Shown here in pieces: positions 37,878 to 47,623 of a stretch of 64,000 nt of DNA (its first letter is position 1; each line of letters opens with the position of its first letter). The notes beneath the pieces were generated by a model. It saw nothing but the letters and a program-made list of their open reading frames with translations, did not search any database and was not told the DNA's origin. This DNA is from Roseibacillus sp. (GTDB lineage: Bacteria; Verrucomicrobiota; Verrucomicrobiia; Verrucomicrobiales; Akkermansiaceae). The DNA is taken from contig JBPOGI010000005.1 in NCBI GenBank assembly GCA_051251855.1, forward strand, positions 32,001 through 96,000, read 5' to 3'. Made by a program: the position numbers and the translations under genes.

Positions 37878-38885
37878 ATGAGTGATAATGATAAAGCAGC
37901 GGTTGAGAAGTTGCATGAGACCTATCAGCAGATGAAGGCGGGGGTCGGACAAGTGATTGTGGGGCAGGAGGAGGTGGTGGAGCAGACGCTGATGGCGATT
38001 TTTTGTCGAGGCCATGCCTTGTTGGTGGGGGTGCCGGGTTTAGCGAAGACACTGCTGGTGTCGACTTTGGCGAAGACGTTGGATTTGGGATACAAGCGGA
38101 TTCAGTTTACGCCTGATTTGATGCCGGCCGATATTACGGGGACGGATGTGCTCGAAGTGGACCCGGAGAGTGGGCATCGGGGCTTTCGATTCGTGAATGG
38201 GCCTCTTTTTTCGAATCTGGTGTTGGCTGATGAGATTAACCGCACACCGCCGAAGACGCAGGCAGCGCTGTTAGAAGCGATGCAGGAGCATCATGTGACG
38301 GTAGGGGAAAAGACAATGGACTTGCCGAAGCCGTTCTTTGTCTTGGCGACGCAGAATCCGATTGAGCAGGAGGGAACTTATCCGCTACCGGAAGCGCAGT
38401 TGGACCGCTTTCTTTTTAATATTGTGGTGGGTTATCCATCGGCGGAGGAGGAGCGGGAGATTATTCGGCGGGTCACGAATCCGGGCGCGGCGGAGGTGGA
38501 GGCGTTGATGACGGGGGAGGATATTCTACGGATTCAAGAAGTGGTGCGGCGGGTGCCGGTGGGAGATCATGTGATCGACTTTGCGGCGCAGCTGGCACGA
38601 GGGACACGGCCCGATAGCGAGGAGGCTCCCGACTTTGTGAAGGAGATGGTGAGTTGGGGTGCGGGACCGAGGGCGGGGATTAGTTTAATTTCGGCGGCGA
38701 AGGCGCATGCGGTTTTGAAGGGGCGTTTCCATGCCACGACGAGCGATGTGGCGGCGATAGCGAAGCCGGTGTTACGGCATCGGGTGCTCACAACGTTCAA
38801 TGCGGAAGCGGCGGGTGTGAGTAGTGATGAGATTATTGTGCGTTTGGTGCAGAAGTTGGCACCGAAGGAGGAGATTGCGCTCTAA
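37878..38885 (+). CDS. moxR: MoxR family AAA+ ATPase
   Basis: GVPGLAKT, RIQFTPDLMPADITG, LADEINRTPPKTQAALLEAMQE, ATQNPIEQEGTYPLPEAQLDRF. Confidence 0.96.
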   Translation: MSDNDKAAVEKLHETYQQMKAGVGQVIVGQEEVVEQTLMAIFCRGHALLVGVPGLAKTLLVSTLAKTLDLGYKRIQFTPDLMPADITGTDVLEVDPESGHRGFRFVNGPLFSNLVLADEINRTPPKTQAALLEAMQEHHVTVGEKTMDLPKPFFVLATQNPIEQEGTYPLPEAQLDRFLFNIVVGYPSAEEEREIIRRVTNPGAAEVEALMTGEDILRIQEVVRRVPVGDHVIDFAAQLARGTRPDSEEAPDFVKEMVSWGAGPRAGISLISAAKAHAVLKGRFHATTSDVAAIAKPVLRHRVLTTFNAEAAGVSSDEIIVRLVQKLAPKEEIAL

Positions 38886-38891
38886 TCTGCG

Positions 38892-39803
38892 ATGAGCGAT
38901 TCTTTGAAATTGCCGGACTGTCTTTCGCTGTTGCCCGAGGAGACGATGGCGGCGTTGCGCCGGTTGGAGTGGCATGCGCGCAAGCGTAAGCAGGGGACGT
39001 TGACGGGGCGGCATGTTTCGCCGGATAAGGGGGCGTCGGTGGAGTTTGCGGAGCACCGCGAGTATGCGCCGGGGGATGATCCGCGTAACCTGGATTGGCG
39101 GGTGATGGCGAAGAGTGATCGGAACGTCATCCGGCAGTATGTGGAGGAGACCAATCTGCGCGCGCATCTGGCGGTGGATGTTTCGGGCTCGATGAATTAT
39201 CAGGGAGAAGAGGCGGCGCTTTCGAAATTGGATTATGCGAAGCAGTTGTCGGCGGCGTTGGCGTATTTGTTTGTAAAGCAAGGAGACGGGGCGGGGTTGG
39301 TGACTTTTGATTCGGAGGTGAGGTCGTTTTTACGGAGTGGAAGTCGGCCGAGTCAGGTGCGGCAGATTTTGGAGGAGCTTTATGGGACGGAGGCGGGTGG
39401 CGACACCAACCTGGGGACTGTCTTGCATGAGGTGGCGGAGCGAATTCCGAGGCGTGGGTTGGTGATCTTGGTGAGCGACCTCTTTGACGATCCGGACAAG
39501 GTGGTGGAGGCGCTGCATCACTTTGATTATCGTCAGCATGAGTTGGTGGTCTTTCATTTGATGGCGGAGGAGGAGCTGTCTTTTCCGTTTAAGAAGTTTC
39601 AGCGCTTTAAGGATCTGGAGGGAGTGGAGGAGATGTTGCGGATTGATCCGCAGGCAGTGCGGGCGGCGTACCTGGAGCGCTTGCGGGAGTTTGTGAAACG
39701 CATCGAGGGGACGTGTGGCAAGATGCGGGCAGATTATGTGGCTGTGAATACGAGCACGCCGCTGAGTGAGACTTTGTTAGGATATTTTGGAGGGAGAAAG
39801 TAG
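38892..39803 (+). CDS. DUF58 (vWA-like) MoxR partner
   Basis: G.SVEFAEHREY.PGDD.R.LDW, YVEET, DVSGSM, ILVSDL. Confidence 0.93.
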   Translation: MSDSLKLPDCLSLLPEETMAALRRLEWHARKRKQGTLTGRHVSPDKGASVEFAEHREYAPGDDPRNLDWRVMAKSDRNVIRQYVEETNLRAHLAVDVSGSMNYQGEEAALSKLDYAKQLSAALAYLFVKQGDGAGLVTFDSEVRSFLRSGSRPSQVRQILEELYGTEAGGDTNLGTVLHEVAERIPRRGLVILVSDLFDDPDKVVEALHHFDYRQHELVVFHLMAEEELSFPFKKFQRFKDLEGVEEMLRIDPQAVRAAYLERLREFVKRIEGTCGKMRADYVAVNTSTPLSETLLGYFGGRK

Positions 39804-39809
39804 CGGCAG

Positions 39810-42602
39810 ATGTTGTTCTTGAGTCCATGGTTGTTGTTAGGGTTGGTGGGGGTGGGGATTCCTATTATTATTCATCTCGTGCGACAGCAGGCGGCGAAGC
39901 CGATTGATTGGGGGGCGATGCGCTTCTTGTTCGATACCGTGGCGGTGCGGCAGCGTCGCATTGAATGGGAGGATTGGTTGTTAATGGCGACGCGCTGTTT
40001 GTTGCTCGCGCTGGCGGCGCTGGCGGTGGCGATGCCCTTCTTGCCGCCAGACTCGCAGGTGCCTTGGTTGTTTGTGTTGCCGATGCTGTTGGTGGGAGTG
40101 GCGCTTTTTGGGGGCTCCTTTGTGGTGGTGAAAGCGCGCTGGCGTTGGTTGTTAAGGTTGGTGGGTATTGCTTTGTTAGTGGGGGCGGTGTTCCTAGGGT
40201 GGATGGAGAATGTGTTCAATCTGAACCGTTTTCAAAGCAGTGAGCGCCGTGATGTGGCGCTGGTGATTGATGCTTCGACTTCGATGGCATTGAGGCAAGG
40301 AGGAGCGAGTTCTTTTGAACGGGCGGTGGAGGAAGCGCGAGAGGTGGTTCGTAAGGCGCCGAAGGGGACGTCCTTTACGGTGGTCTTAGGTGGGCCTGCT
40401 CCCGAGGCGGTGACGGCAGAACCGTTGACCCATCGGGCGGATGTCCTGGGGGTATTGGATGAGCTGCGTGAGGTGGGAGGGAGCTTCCGGGCTCATGAAG
40501 CGCTGGGGATGGCGACTTTGGCGCTGGCGGAGGGAAGGAGCGGGAGCAAGGAGATCATTGTTTGGACCGATGAGCAGCGCCACGGTTGGCGGTTAGAGAA
40601 TCCCAATGCGTGGGATGGACTGGCGGAGGCTTGGGAGACTTTGCCGGCGCCGCCGAAGTTGATTGTGCGCAATCTAGGGAAGCCGGAGATTTTTCGGAAT
40701 GTGGCGGTGGAGGGGTTGGCTTTTTCGAGAGAGGTGGTGGGGACGGATCGGGCGGTAGGGATTTCGTTGAGTGTGACAAACCGAGGTGCGGAGGCGATGA
40801 CGCCGGGACGAGTGACTTTGCGGGTGGAGGATAAAGTGGTGGGTGAGAGGCCGGTGGGATTGTTGCTGGCGGGTCAGACGGCGCAGATTGATTTTCAGTA
40901 TCGTTTTGAGGAAGCGGGTCCGGTGGCCGTTGAGGCAAGGTTGGAGAGTGATGATGACCTGTTAGAGGACAATCGTTTGGCGAAGGTGTTGGTGGTTCGT
41001 AAGGGGTTGCGGGTTTTGATTGTGGACGGCAATCCTTCGGCAGGATTCTTTGAGCGGGCGAGTGGATATTTGGCGTTGGCATTGGCGCCAGGCAAAGATC
41101 GCAATTTGATGGACCCGGAAGTGGTGCCCGTGACGCAGCTCAAGAATGAGGATTTTCAAGATCATGATGTGGTGGTGTTGGCGGATGTCTCGCGCTTGCC
41201 GGTGGATTTGGCGACGGGGTTGGGGCACTTGGTGAGTGGAGGAGCAGGGCTGATGGTGATTGCGGGCCCACGCACGGAGCAGGAATTTTTCAATGGTTGG
41301 CAGGGAGGGGAGGGCTTGGTGATGCCGGCTTTATTAGAGGGTGAGCGGGTGGATGCAGAAGGGGTGATGCCGGCGGCGGTGACATTTTCTCATGAGAGTT
41401 TACGCATTTTTCGGGAGGAGGGAGACCTTTCGCAGGCGGTGCTGAACCGGTGGTTTGGGGTGAGCGAGGAAAAGTCTGATGGGGTTGTTGGAGCGACTTT
41501 GGGAAATGGGGACCCTTGGTTGGTGTCGCATGGTTATGGGCAAGGACGAGTGCTCTTGGTGACGACGGCCTTGGATGCGCGATCGGGGAATTTGCCGGCG
41601 AAGGCGAGCTTTGTTCCGTTGGTGCATGAAATGGTGATGTGGTTGAGCGGAAGGGGGGCTCAGTTGAATATGGAGGCGTCGTGGAGCCCGCGGTATCGCT
41701 TGGGTCGGCCGCAGGCGGGCTTGCAGGGGGAATACATGAAGGGGAAGAAGAAGGAGCTGGTTTTTAGTCGGGTGGATGCCGTGATTGATTTTAATTGGAA
41801 GAATGAGCGACCAGGGCAGGCGATGCCGAGTGATCGGTTTTCGGTTCGTTGGCAGGGAAAATTGGTGGCTCCGGTGACGGGGGAGTATCGCTTTGCGGCA
41901 GAGGTGGACGATGAGGCGAGTGTGCGCATTGGGGAGGGATTTCGGGGGCGGGCGGAGATAGGACAGCGTTCGTTGGGGAGTTGCGAGTTGGTAGCGGGGC
42001 AGGCGGTTGATTTTGAATTGAACTTTGAGGAGGAGGGGGGTGATGCGTATGTGCGTTTCTATTGGACGCCACCTGGGGAGAAGGAGCAGTTGGTGCCGGC
42101 GTCGGCTTTTCGGTTGGGTGGGGGACGGAGCGAGAAGTTGTCGGTGAGTGATCCGAGGGGGTTGCCACGGACGGGGGTGGTGAAATTTGGGGCGGGTGGG
42201 CAGGAGTTGACGATTGAGGGGGCGTCCGTGCCGGGGCTTTATGAGGTGAATGTAGGGGCGTTGGGGGAGCAGTGGTTTCCGGGGTGGCAGGGCGAGACCT
42301 TGCCGGTGGCGGTGACGGCGGATGCGGAGGAGAGTGCCTTTGCGCCCTTTGTTGAGGAGGATTATGAGTTGATGCGGAAGCATACCGATGTGGTGCTGCC
42401 GATGTCGGTGGGGGATGCTTTGGCGGTGCTGGAAGGGAAGGGTTTTGGGCGTGGGATTTGGCGATGGGTGGCGGTGGCGGCCTTTGTGTTCTTTTTGTTA
42501 GAAAGTGCGCTGGCGCGCTGGGTGTCGAAATCGCGTCGGAGTGCGGAAAGTGTGCGGGTGGACTTTGGAGAGAGTCCGGCTTGGAAGGAGGGTGGGCGAT
42601 GA
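39810..42602 (+). CDS. BatA N-terminal + vWA + Ig-like + PA14 domain membrane protein
   Basis: PIIIHL...WGAMRFL (BatA), MIDAS DASTSM, SRVDAVIDFNW/FSVRWQG.L.AP.TGEY.F...DD (PA14), C-terminal TM. Confidence 0.88.
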   Translation: MLFLSPWLLLGLVGVGIPIIIHLVRQQAAKPIDWGAMRFLFDTVAVRQRRIEWEDWLLMATRCLLLALAALAVAMPFLPPDSQVPWLFVLPMLLVGVALFGGSFVVVKARWRWLLRLVGIALLVGAVFLGWMENVFNLNRFQSSERRDVALVIDASTSMALRQGGASSFERAVEEAREVVRKAPKGTSFTVVLGGPAPEAVTAEPLTHRADVLGVLDELREVGGSFRAHEALGMATLALAEGRSGSKEIIVWTDEQRHGWRLENPNAWDGLAEAWETLPAPPKLIVRNLGKPEIFRNVAVEGLAFSREVVGTDRAVGISLSVTNRGAEAMTPGRVTLRVEDKVVGERPVGLLLAGQTAQIDFQYRFEEAGPVAVEARLESDDDLLEDNRLAKVLVVRKGLRVLIVDGNPSAGFFERASGYLALALAPGKDRNLMDPEVVPVTQLKNEDFQDHDVVVLADVSRLPVDLATGLGHLVSGGAGLMVIAGPRTEQEFFNGWQGGEGLVMPALLEGERVDAEGVMPAAVTFSHESLRIFREEGDLSQAVLNRWFGVSEEKSDGVVGATLGNGDPWLVSHGYGQGRVLLVTTALDARSGNLPAKASFVPLVHEMVMWLSGRGAQLNMEASWSPRYRLGRPQAGLQGEYMKGKKKELVFSRVDAVIDFNWKNERPGQAMPSDRFSVRWQGKLVAPVTGEYRFAAEVDDEASVRIGEGFRGRAEIGQRSLGSCELVAGQAVDFELNFEEEGGDAYVRFYWTPPGEKEQLVPASAFRLGGGRSEKLSVSDPRGLPRTGVVKFGAGGQELTIEGASVPGLYEVNVGALGEQWFPGWQGETLPVAVTADAEESAFAPFVEEDYELMRKHTDVVLPMSVGDALAVLEGKGFGRGIWRWVAVAAFVFFLLESALARWVSKSRRSAESVRVDFGESPAWKEGGR

Positions 42603-44995
42603 AGGTGTTGGTTCGGATTGTTTTGGTTTTTGGAGTTGTTTGGGGGATTCTGGTAGGGCTTTCCCAGTTGGTGAGAGTTGCGCCGGATTGGCCCTTGTGG
42701 GCGGTGGGGCTCGGGGTGGCGCTGGCAGTGGAATTGATTCTGGGGCTTTATCGTTATGAGTGTTCGGGATTGGCGGTGAAGCGTTCTCGGTGGTTAGTGG
42801 GATTGCGGTTGGCGGCTTTGGCGGTTTTGGTTTGGATTTTGATTGAGCCAACTTGGGTTCGAAAGGTAGTTCGTGAGCGAGAGCAGGAGATTGTGATTGT
42901 GTTGGATGATTCGGCTTCGATGTCGTTGAAAGATGAGGGGCAGGAGTTGACGCGGCGTTTTTTGGCGGAAAAGGCGCTGTGGGATAGTAAGTTGGTGAGT
43001 GAGTTGGAGAAAGACTTCAAGGTGCGCACGGTGCGGGCGGCGCGGAGTTTGCGTGAGCGTGATGAAGCGGGGGATGAGGGCTGGAAGCAGGCAACGGATT
43101 TAGCAGCGGCGCTAAGTCAGGTTTTGGATCAGGTGGCGCCCGATGACCTCGGAGGGGTGGTGCTTTTGAGTGATGGTCGTCACAATCGTCCTGCGCGGGT
43201 TGAGGAGGTGGCGCGGCGGTTTGGGATTTTGGATGCGCCCATTGCAAGTGTGGCGATGGGTGATGCGCGGCCTCCTCGTGATGCGGCGGTGATACGGGTG
43301 GACGCTCCGGAGGCGATTCATTTGGGGGACCGGATGCGGGTGAGTGCGGAGCTGAAATTCGATGGCTACAAAGGTCAGAAAGCGAAGGTGAAGTTGATGC
43401 GGGCAGGAGAGTTGTTAGAGGAGCAGGTGGTGGCGATTCCGCAGGAGAATCATCGTGAGGAAGTGCGTTTTGCACAGGTGCCGGAGGCGGGAGGAGTGGG
43501 CGACTTTCGGATTGAGGTGGAGGCTCTAGAGGGGGAGCGGTTTGCGGAGAATAATGGTTGGGATTTTGAGACTTCGATTACCGATGCGCGCACGAACGTG
43601 TTGTTGATTGACCGGCATCCGCGTTGGGAGTTTCGGTATTTACGGAATTTGTTTTATGGGCGGGATAAGTCGATTCACTTGCAGTGGTTGTTGTTGAATC
43701 CGGATGTGGTTGCGGGGCAGGCAGTGGTGAGGGTGCCGGCTTCGGCTGGGCGTCCGTTTGGGGAGGCTCAGGCGACGGCGTTGCCGGAGAGTGAGGAGGA
43801 GTGGCGGAAGTTTGATGTTATTATTCTGGGGGACCTTTCGGCGAGTGAGTTGGATGACGAGACGTGGGATATCATTGGGAAGTGTGTGAATGAGAGGGCC
43901 GCGATGCTGGTTTTGGTAGCGGGGCCGGAGTCGATGCCGCATGCGCTTTCGGAACGGGCACGGGCGCTCGTTCCGGCAGAGGTGGATTGGGGGCGACAGA
44001 CTTACTATGGGACTGGTGGGGCACCGTTTCGATTTGGGGTGGCGGCAGCAGGGGTGGGCCATCCGATTGTGCGGCAGGCGGAAGGGGCGGCGAGTGATGC
44101 GGCGATGTGGGTCGGTTTTCCGGAGGTGAGATGGAGGCATCCGGTGAATGGTTTGAAGGAGGGGGCGGAGGTGCTGTTGGTGGCAGATGATGGGAGGGAA
44201 GAGCAGGCGATGGGTGAGGAGGGTTTGCAGGAGGCTTTGAAGGGATTGACGGAGCGTCGCCAGAAGGAGGCGGAGTCGGCGTTGTTGGTGACGCGGCAGA
44301 CGGGGCGCGGGAAGGTGGCGTTGCTTTTAACGGATCGGACGTGGAGGTTGCGGGAAGGTTCGGGCGATGTGTATCACCATCGCTTTTGGGGAAATCTGAT
44401 GCGCTGGGGAGCGGGTCCGATTTTGAGGGCGGGGACGCCGAAGGTACGGTTGGGAACCGACCAATTGACCTACACGCCGGATGATGTGGTGCGGTTGCAG
44501 GCGCGCTTGCGCGAGGAAGACTTGGGGCCTGTTTTTGATGAGGGACTGCAGGCGGAGGTTTCGAGAGAGGGGAAAGTGGTGGCGACTTTGAATCTGGCTG
44601 CGGACAAGGATTCGAATGGGCTGCATGAAGGGAGCGTGGGTCCGTTTGCGGAGGCGGGTCTTTATGAGGTGCGATTGGTGGGAGGGGAGGTGGATCGATT
44701 GTTGGAAGAAGATGAGGTAGTGGTTGGCTTTCGGGTCGTGGGTTCGCGGGGGCCAATCGAGTTGGCGGATACGACTTTGAATTTGCCTCTGCTACAGACT
44801 TTGGGGGAGTTGTCAGGAGGGAGGGTGGTTTCGCCGGGTGACCTTTCGTCTTTGCCGTCACTGTTTTTGGAGGGGAAGACGGAGCGCGAGGAATTGAGGG
44901 AGACTTCGCTGTGGAGTCAGTGGCCGGTGTTGGTGTTGTTTTTCGGTTTGTTGACGGTGGAGTGGGTTTTGAGAAGAGGGGCGGGATTGCCGTAA
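42599..44995 (+). CDS. vWA + glutamine-amidotransferase-like membrane protein of the MoxR operon
   Basis: ATGA-coupled start MKVLVRIV; DDSASM, LLSDGRHN, PRWEFRYLRN, TWR.R...GD.YH.RFW, terminal EW.LRR..GLP. Confidence 0.85.
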   Translation: MKVLVRIVLVFGVVWGILVGLSQLVRVAPDWPLWAVGLGVALAVELILGLYRYECSGLAVKRSRWLVGLRLAALAVLVWILIEPTWVRKVVREREQEIVIVLDDSASMSLKDEGQELTRRFLAEKALWDSKLVSELEKDFKVRTVRAARSLRERDEAGDEGWKQATDLAAALSQVLDQVAPDDLGGVVLLSDGRHNRPARVEEVARRFGILDAPIASVAMGDARPPRDAAVIRVDAPEAIHLGDRMRVSAELKFDGYKGQKAKVKLMRAGELLEEQVVAIPQENHREEVRFAQVPEAGGVGDFRIEVEALEGERFAENNGWDFETSITDARTNVLLIDRHPRWEFRYLRNLFYGRDKSIHLQWLLLNPDVVAGQAVVRVPASAGRPFGEAQATALPESEEEWRKFDVIILGDLSASELDDETWDIIGKCVNERAAMLVLVAGPESMPHALSERARALVPAEVDWGRQTYYGTGGAPFRFGVAAAGVGHPIVRQAEGAASDAAMWVGFPEVRWRHPVNGLKEGAEVLLVADDGREEQAMGEEGLQEALKGLTERRQKEAESALLVTRQTGRGKVALLLTDRTWRLREGSGDVYHHRFWGNLMRWGAGPILRAGTPKVRLGTDQLTYTPDDVVRLQARLREEDLGPVFDEGLQAEVSREGKVVATLNLAADKDSNGLHEGSVGPFAEAGLYEVRLVGGEVDRLLEEDEVVVGFRVVGSRGPIELADTTLNLPLLQTLGELSGGRVVSPGDLSSLPSLFLEGKTEREELRETSLWSQWPVLVLFFGLLTVEWVLRRGAGLP

Positions 44996-45107
44996 GGCTG
45001 AGAGCTCAGGTCGAAGGCAGGCGCTCCCAGTGACGGTTCTTGAGGACAGTTTTTTGATGAAAGGTCGCTACCAATTTTCGATGGGATCGCTAGGGTGGGG
45101 GAAAGCA

Positions 45108-46769
45108 ATGAGTGATTTACCGATGTGGGCCAGCGAGGTCATTAGTGGATATGAGAGTGGGGTTGCGGGGTGTTTTGTGCTGCATGGGAATACGGGCGAC
45201 CGTCAGTTGATGCCGGGGGGAGAGAATTTTCCTGGGGGGGAGCGGTTGGGGTCGTTGCGTGATTTTTTGGGTGAGGTGCTGTTGCCACGGTTCGAGATTG
45301 TGCTGGTTTATGATTTGGGTGAGGGACTTCGGGTTCAGCGTGGAGAAGAGAAGTTCGAGGAGTGGGCGGGTGAGCGGGAGGTGCCGAGTCAGCCGCTGGC
45401 GACGATGCGTTACGTGGGGAAGTTTTTGCGCTATCAGAGAAACACACGGGCGCTGACGGGCAAGAGCCCGCGGGTAGCGGTGGTGATTCGGGAGGCGCAC
45501 TTGGTTTGTCCCGCACTGCCGAATGCGTTGAATTATGAGCTCAATGCCTTGGCGAGTTTGTTGCGAGGTTGGGCGGCGGGTGGTCTTTTACAGGAAAATG
45601 ATCAGGCGATTTTCTTGGTGGCAGACCGCTCTTCGAATTTACATCCCTTATTAGTAAGGGAGCCGGCGATTCAGACGCTGGAAGTTCCGCTGCCGGATGC
45701 GGAGGAGGTTTCGCGCGGGCTCTTGGCTTTGGCACCGGAGGCGGGGGTGGCTTTGAAGAATTTTGAAGGTCGGTTGCCGGAGTTGGGGCAGGCCTTGCGG
45801 GGAGCAACTTTGGGTTCGGTGGAGACGTTGGTGCGGCAGCGGCAGTTTGATGGGCGTCCGCTGGAGGACGATGATGTGGGGCGCTTGAAGCGGGAGCTGG
45901 TGGAGAAGGATTGTGAGGGGCTGATTGAGTTTATTGAGCCGGACCGCGACCTTTCGAAGGTGATTGGTTTGGAAGCAGTGAAGTCGTGGCTGCGGGATGA
46001 CTTGGCGCTTTGGAAGAGGGGGGAGTTGGAGGCGATGCCGATGGGTTATCTTTTCTGCGGGCCAGTAGGGACGGGGAAAACTTATCTTGCGGAGTGTCTT
46101 TCGGGGGAGGCTGGTGTGCCAATGGTGGTGCTAAAGAACTTTCGCGACAAGTGGGTGGGCAGCACGGAGGCGAATTTGGAGAAGATTTTCGCGCTCTTGC
46201 ACGCGCTGGGTCGCTGTTTGGTCTTTGTCGATGAGGCAGATCAGGCGCTTGGCAAGCGACAGGGGGGCAGTGGTGATAGCGGGGTTTCGAGCCGCGTCTA
46301 TTCGATGATGGCGGCCGAGATGTCGGACACGCGCAATCGGGGGAAGATTGTATGGGTGTTGGCATCCAGTCGGCCGGACTTGATTGAGGTGGACTTGAAA
46401 CGGCCGGGACGGGTGGATGTGAAGATTCCACTGTTCCCGAGCACGAATCCGGAGGAGGGCTTTGCATTGCTGCGGGCGCTGTGTGGTTCGCGTGGGGTGA
46501 CAATCGAAAAAGATTCGTTTCAGAGTTTGGAGAAGTTGATTCCTAATCTGCTGACTCCAGGGGCTGCAGAGGCGATTGCAGTGAAGGTTTTTCGTGGAGT
46601 GAAGGCCAAAGGGCTCTCTGCGGCGGAGGCTTTGGAGGGCGCTTTGACCGGTTACCTGCCCCCAATCGACCCCGAAATTTTGCGTCATCAGATGAATTTA
46701 GCAGTCGCTGAATCTACCGAGCCAGGGTTCATCGATAAGGAGGTTCGAGCCTTGCTGGGCCTAGAGTAG
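45108..46769 (+). CDS. AAA+ ATPase (degenerate N-terminal AAA module plus active C-terminal module)
   Basis: Walker A GPVGTGKT, Walker B FVDEAD, SRH SSRPD....LKRPGR.D. Confidence 0.88.
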   Translation: MSDLPMWASEVISGYESGVAGCFVLHGNTGDRQLMPGGENFPGGERLGSLRDFLGEVLLPRFEIVLVYDLGEGLRVQRGEEKFEEWAGEREVPSQPLATMRYVGKFLRYQRNTRALTGKSPRVAVVIREAHLVCPALPNALNYELNALASLLRGWAAGGLLQENDQAIFLVADRSSNLHPLLVREPAIQTLEVPLPDAEEVSRGLLALAPEAGVALKNFEGRLPELGQALRGATLGSVETLVRQRQFDGRPLEDDDVGRLKRELVEKDCEGLIEFIEPDRDLSKVIGLEAVKSWLRDDLALWKRGELEAMPMGYLFCGPVGTGKTYLAECLSGEAGVPMVVLKNFRDKWVGSTEANLEKIFALLHALGRCLVFVDEADQALGKRQGGSGDSGVSSRVYSMMAAEMSDTRNRGKIVWVLASSRPDLIEVDLKRPGRVDVKIPLFPSTNPEEGFALLRALCGSRGVTIEKDSFQSLEKLIPNLLTPGAAEAIAVKVFRGVKAKGLSAAEALEGALTGYLPPIDPEILRHQMNLAVAESTEPGFIDKEVRALLGLE

Positions 46770-46897
46770 GGGCTTTCCAAAATGTTCGAAAAAATGTGAC
46801 ATTTCCTGAAAGATCGCGAAATCCGAACAAAAAAAGGGTTTACTCCCCCCGATTTTCCCGCATTTTGGCGCAGGTTTCGATTCGTTAAGGATTCTTA

Positions 46898-47602
46898 ATG
46901 AACGTCCTCCTAACCAAATCATCTATGAGAATTATTAAAGCCGCGTTCGCTCTTGTAGCCGGACTCACCGTCGTTTCTCTCTCTAGTTGCTCTTCGAGCG
47001 CAATCGCCAAAGCCCCCAAGACTCCGGCTTCTGCCTGTGCGACTTGGAGTCATACAGTTGGTAAGAATCTTCCAGCGGAAGCGAATGTTGCCCTTCTGAG
47101 TGAGGTGGCTCACCTTCCCAAGGACAAGCATGGCTTTCCTAGCTACACAGACGACCAGACCCATCGGGTGGTGCGTGCTACAGCATACTCTCATATGCAA
47201 AACGAGCCGGGTGCTCCTGGCCGCATGAACGCAGCAGGCGGTATCCTCAAATGGGGACAGGTTCGCAGTGCGGCAGCTGACTGGTCCAAGTATCCTGTTG
47301 GAACCAAGTTCCGCATCAAAGGCCTTCCATATCTCTATGTGGTTGATGACTACGGTTCCGCTCTTGCTGGTACCAATACCATCGACATTTTCCATCCTAC
47401 TTTGGGAGGCATTAAAAACTGGGGCCTTCGCACCATCGAGATTGATGTGATTCAGTGGGGTTCTTGGGACCGCACCCTCTCTCTCCTCAAGGGGCGTCAG
47501 CATCGCTGGCACACACGTCAGATGTATGCCGATGCTAGCCGAAAGGTTCAGAGTGGCCAAGCAGTGGCAGGGTTGAGCAATCCTTATGGCCCACAGGGTT
47601 AA
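46898..47602 (+). CDS. 3D-domain lipoprotein (lytic transglycosylase-like)
   Basis: LSSC lipobox, VRATAY, SAAADWS.YP.GT, YVVDDYG, TIDIF. Confidence 0.85.
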   Translation: MNVLLTKSSMRIIKAAFALVAGLTVVSLSSCSSSAIAKAPKTPASACATWSHTVGKNLPAEANVALLSEVAHLPKDKHGFPSYTDDQTHRVVRATAYSHMQNEPGAPGRMNAAGGILKWGQVRSAAADWSKYPVGTKFRIKGLPYLYVVDDYGSALAGTNTIDIFHPTLGGIKNWGLRTIEIDVIQWGSWDRTLSLLKGRQHRWHTRQMYADASRKVQSGQAVAGLSNPYGPQG

Positions 47603-47623
47603 TTCACTTTTAATTGCCCCCTG

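Noticed and set aside
39872..46688. Numerous long Pro/His/Gln-rich minus-strand ORFs
   Set aside because: Artefacts of the strong G/T bias of the sense genes, with no domain motifs.
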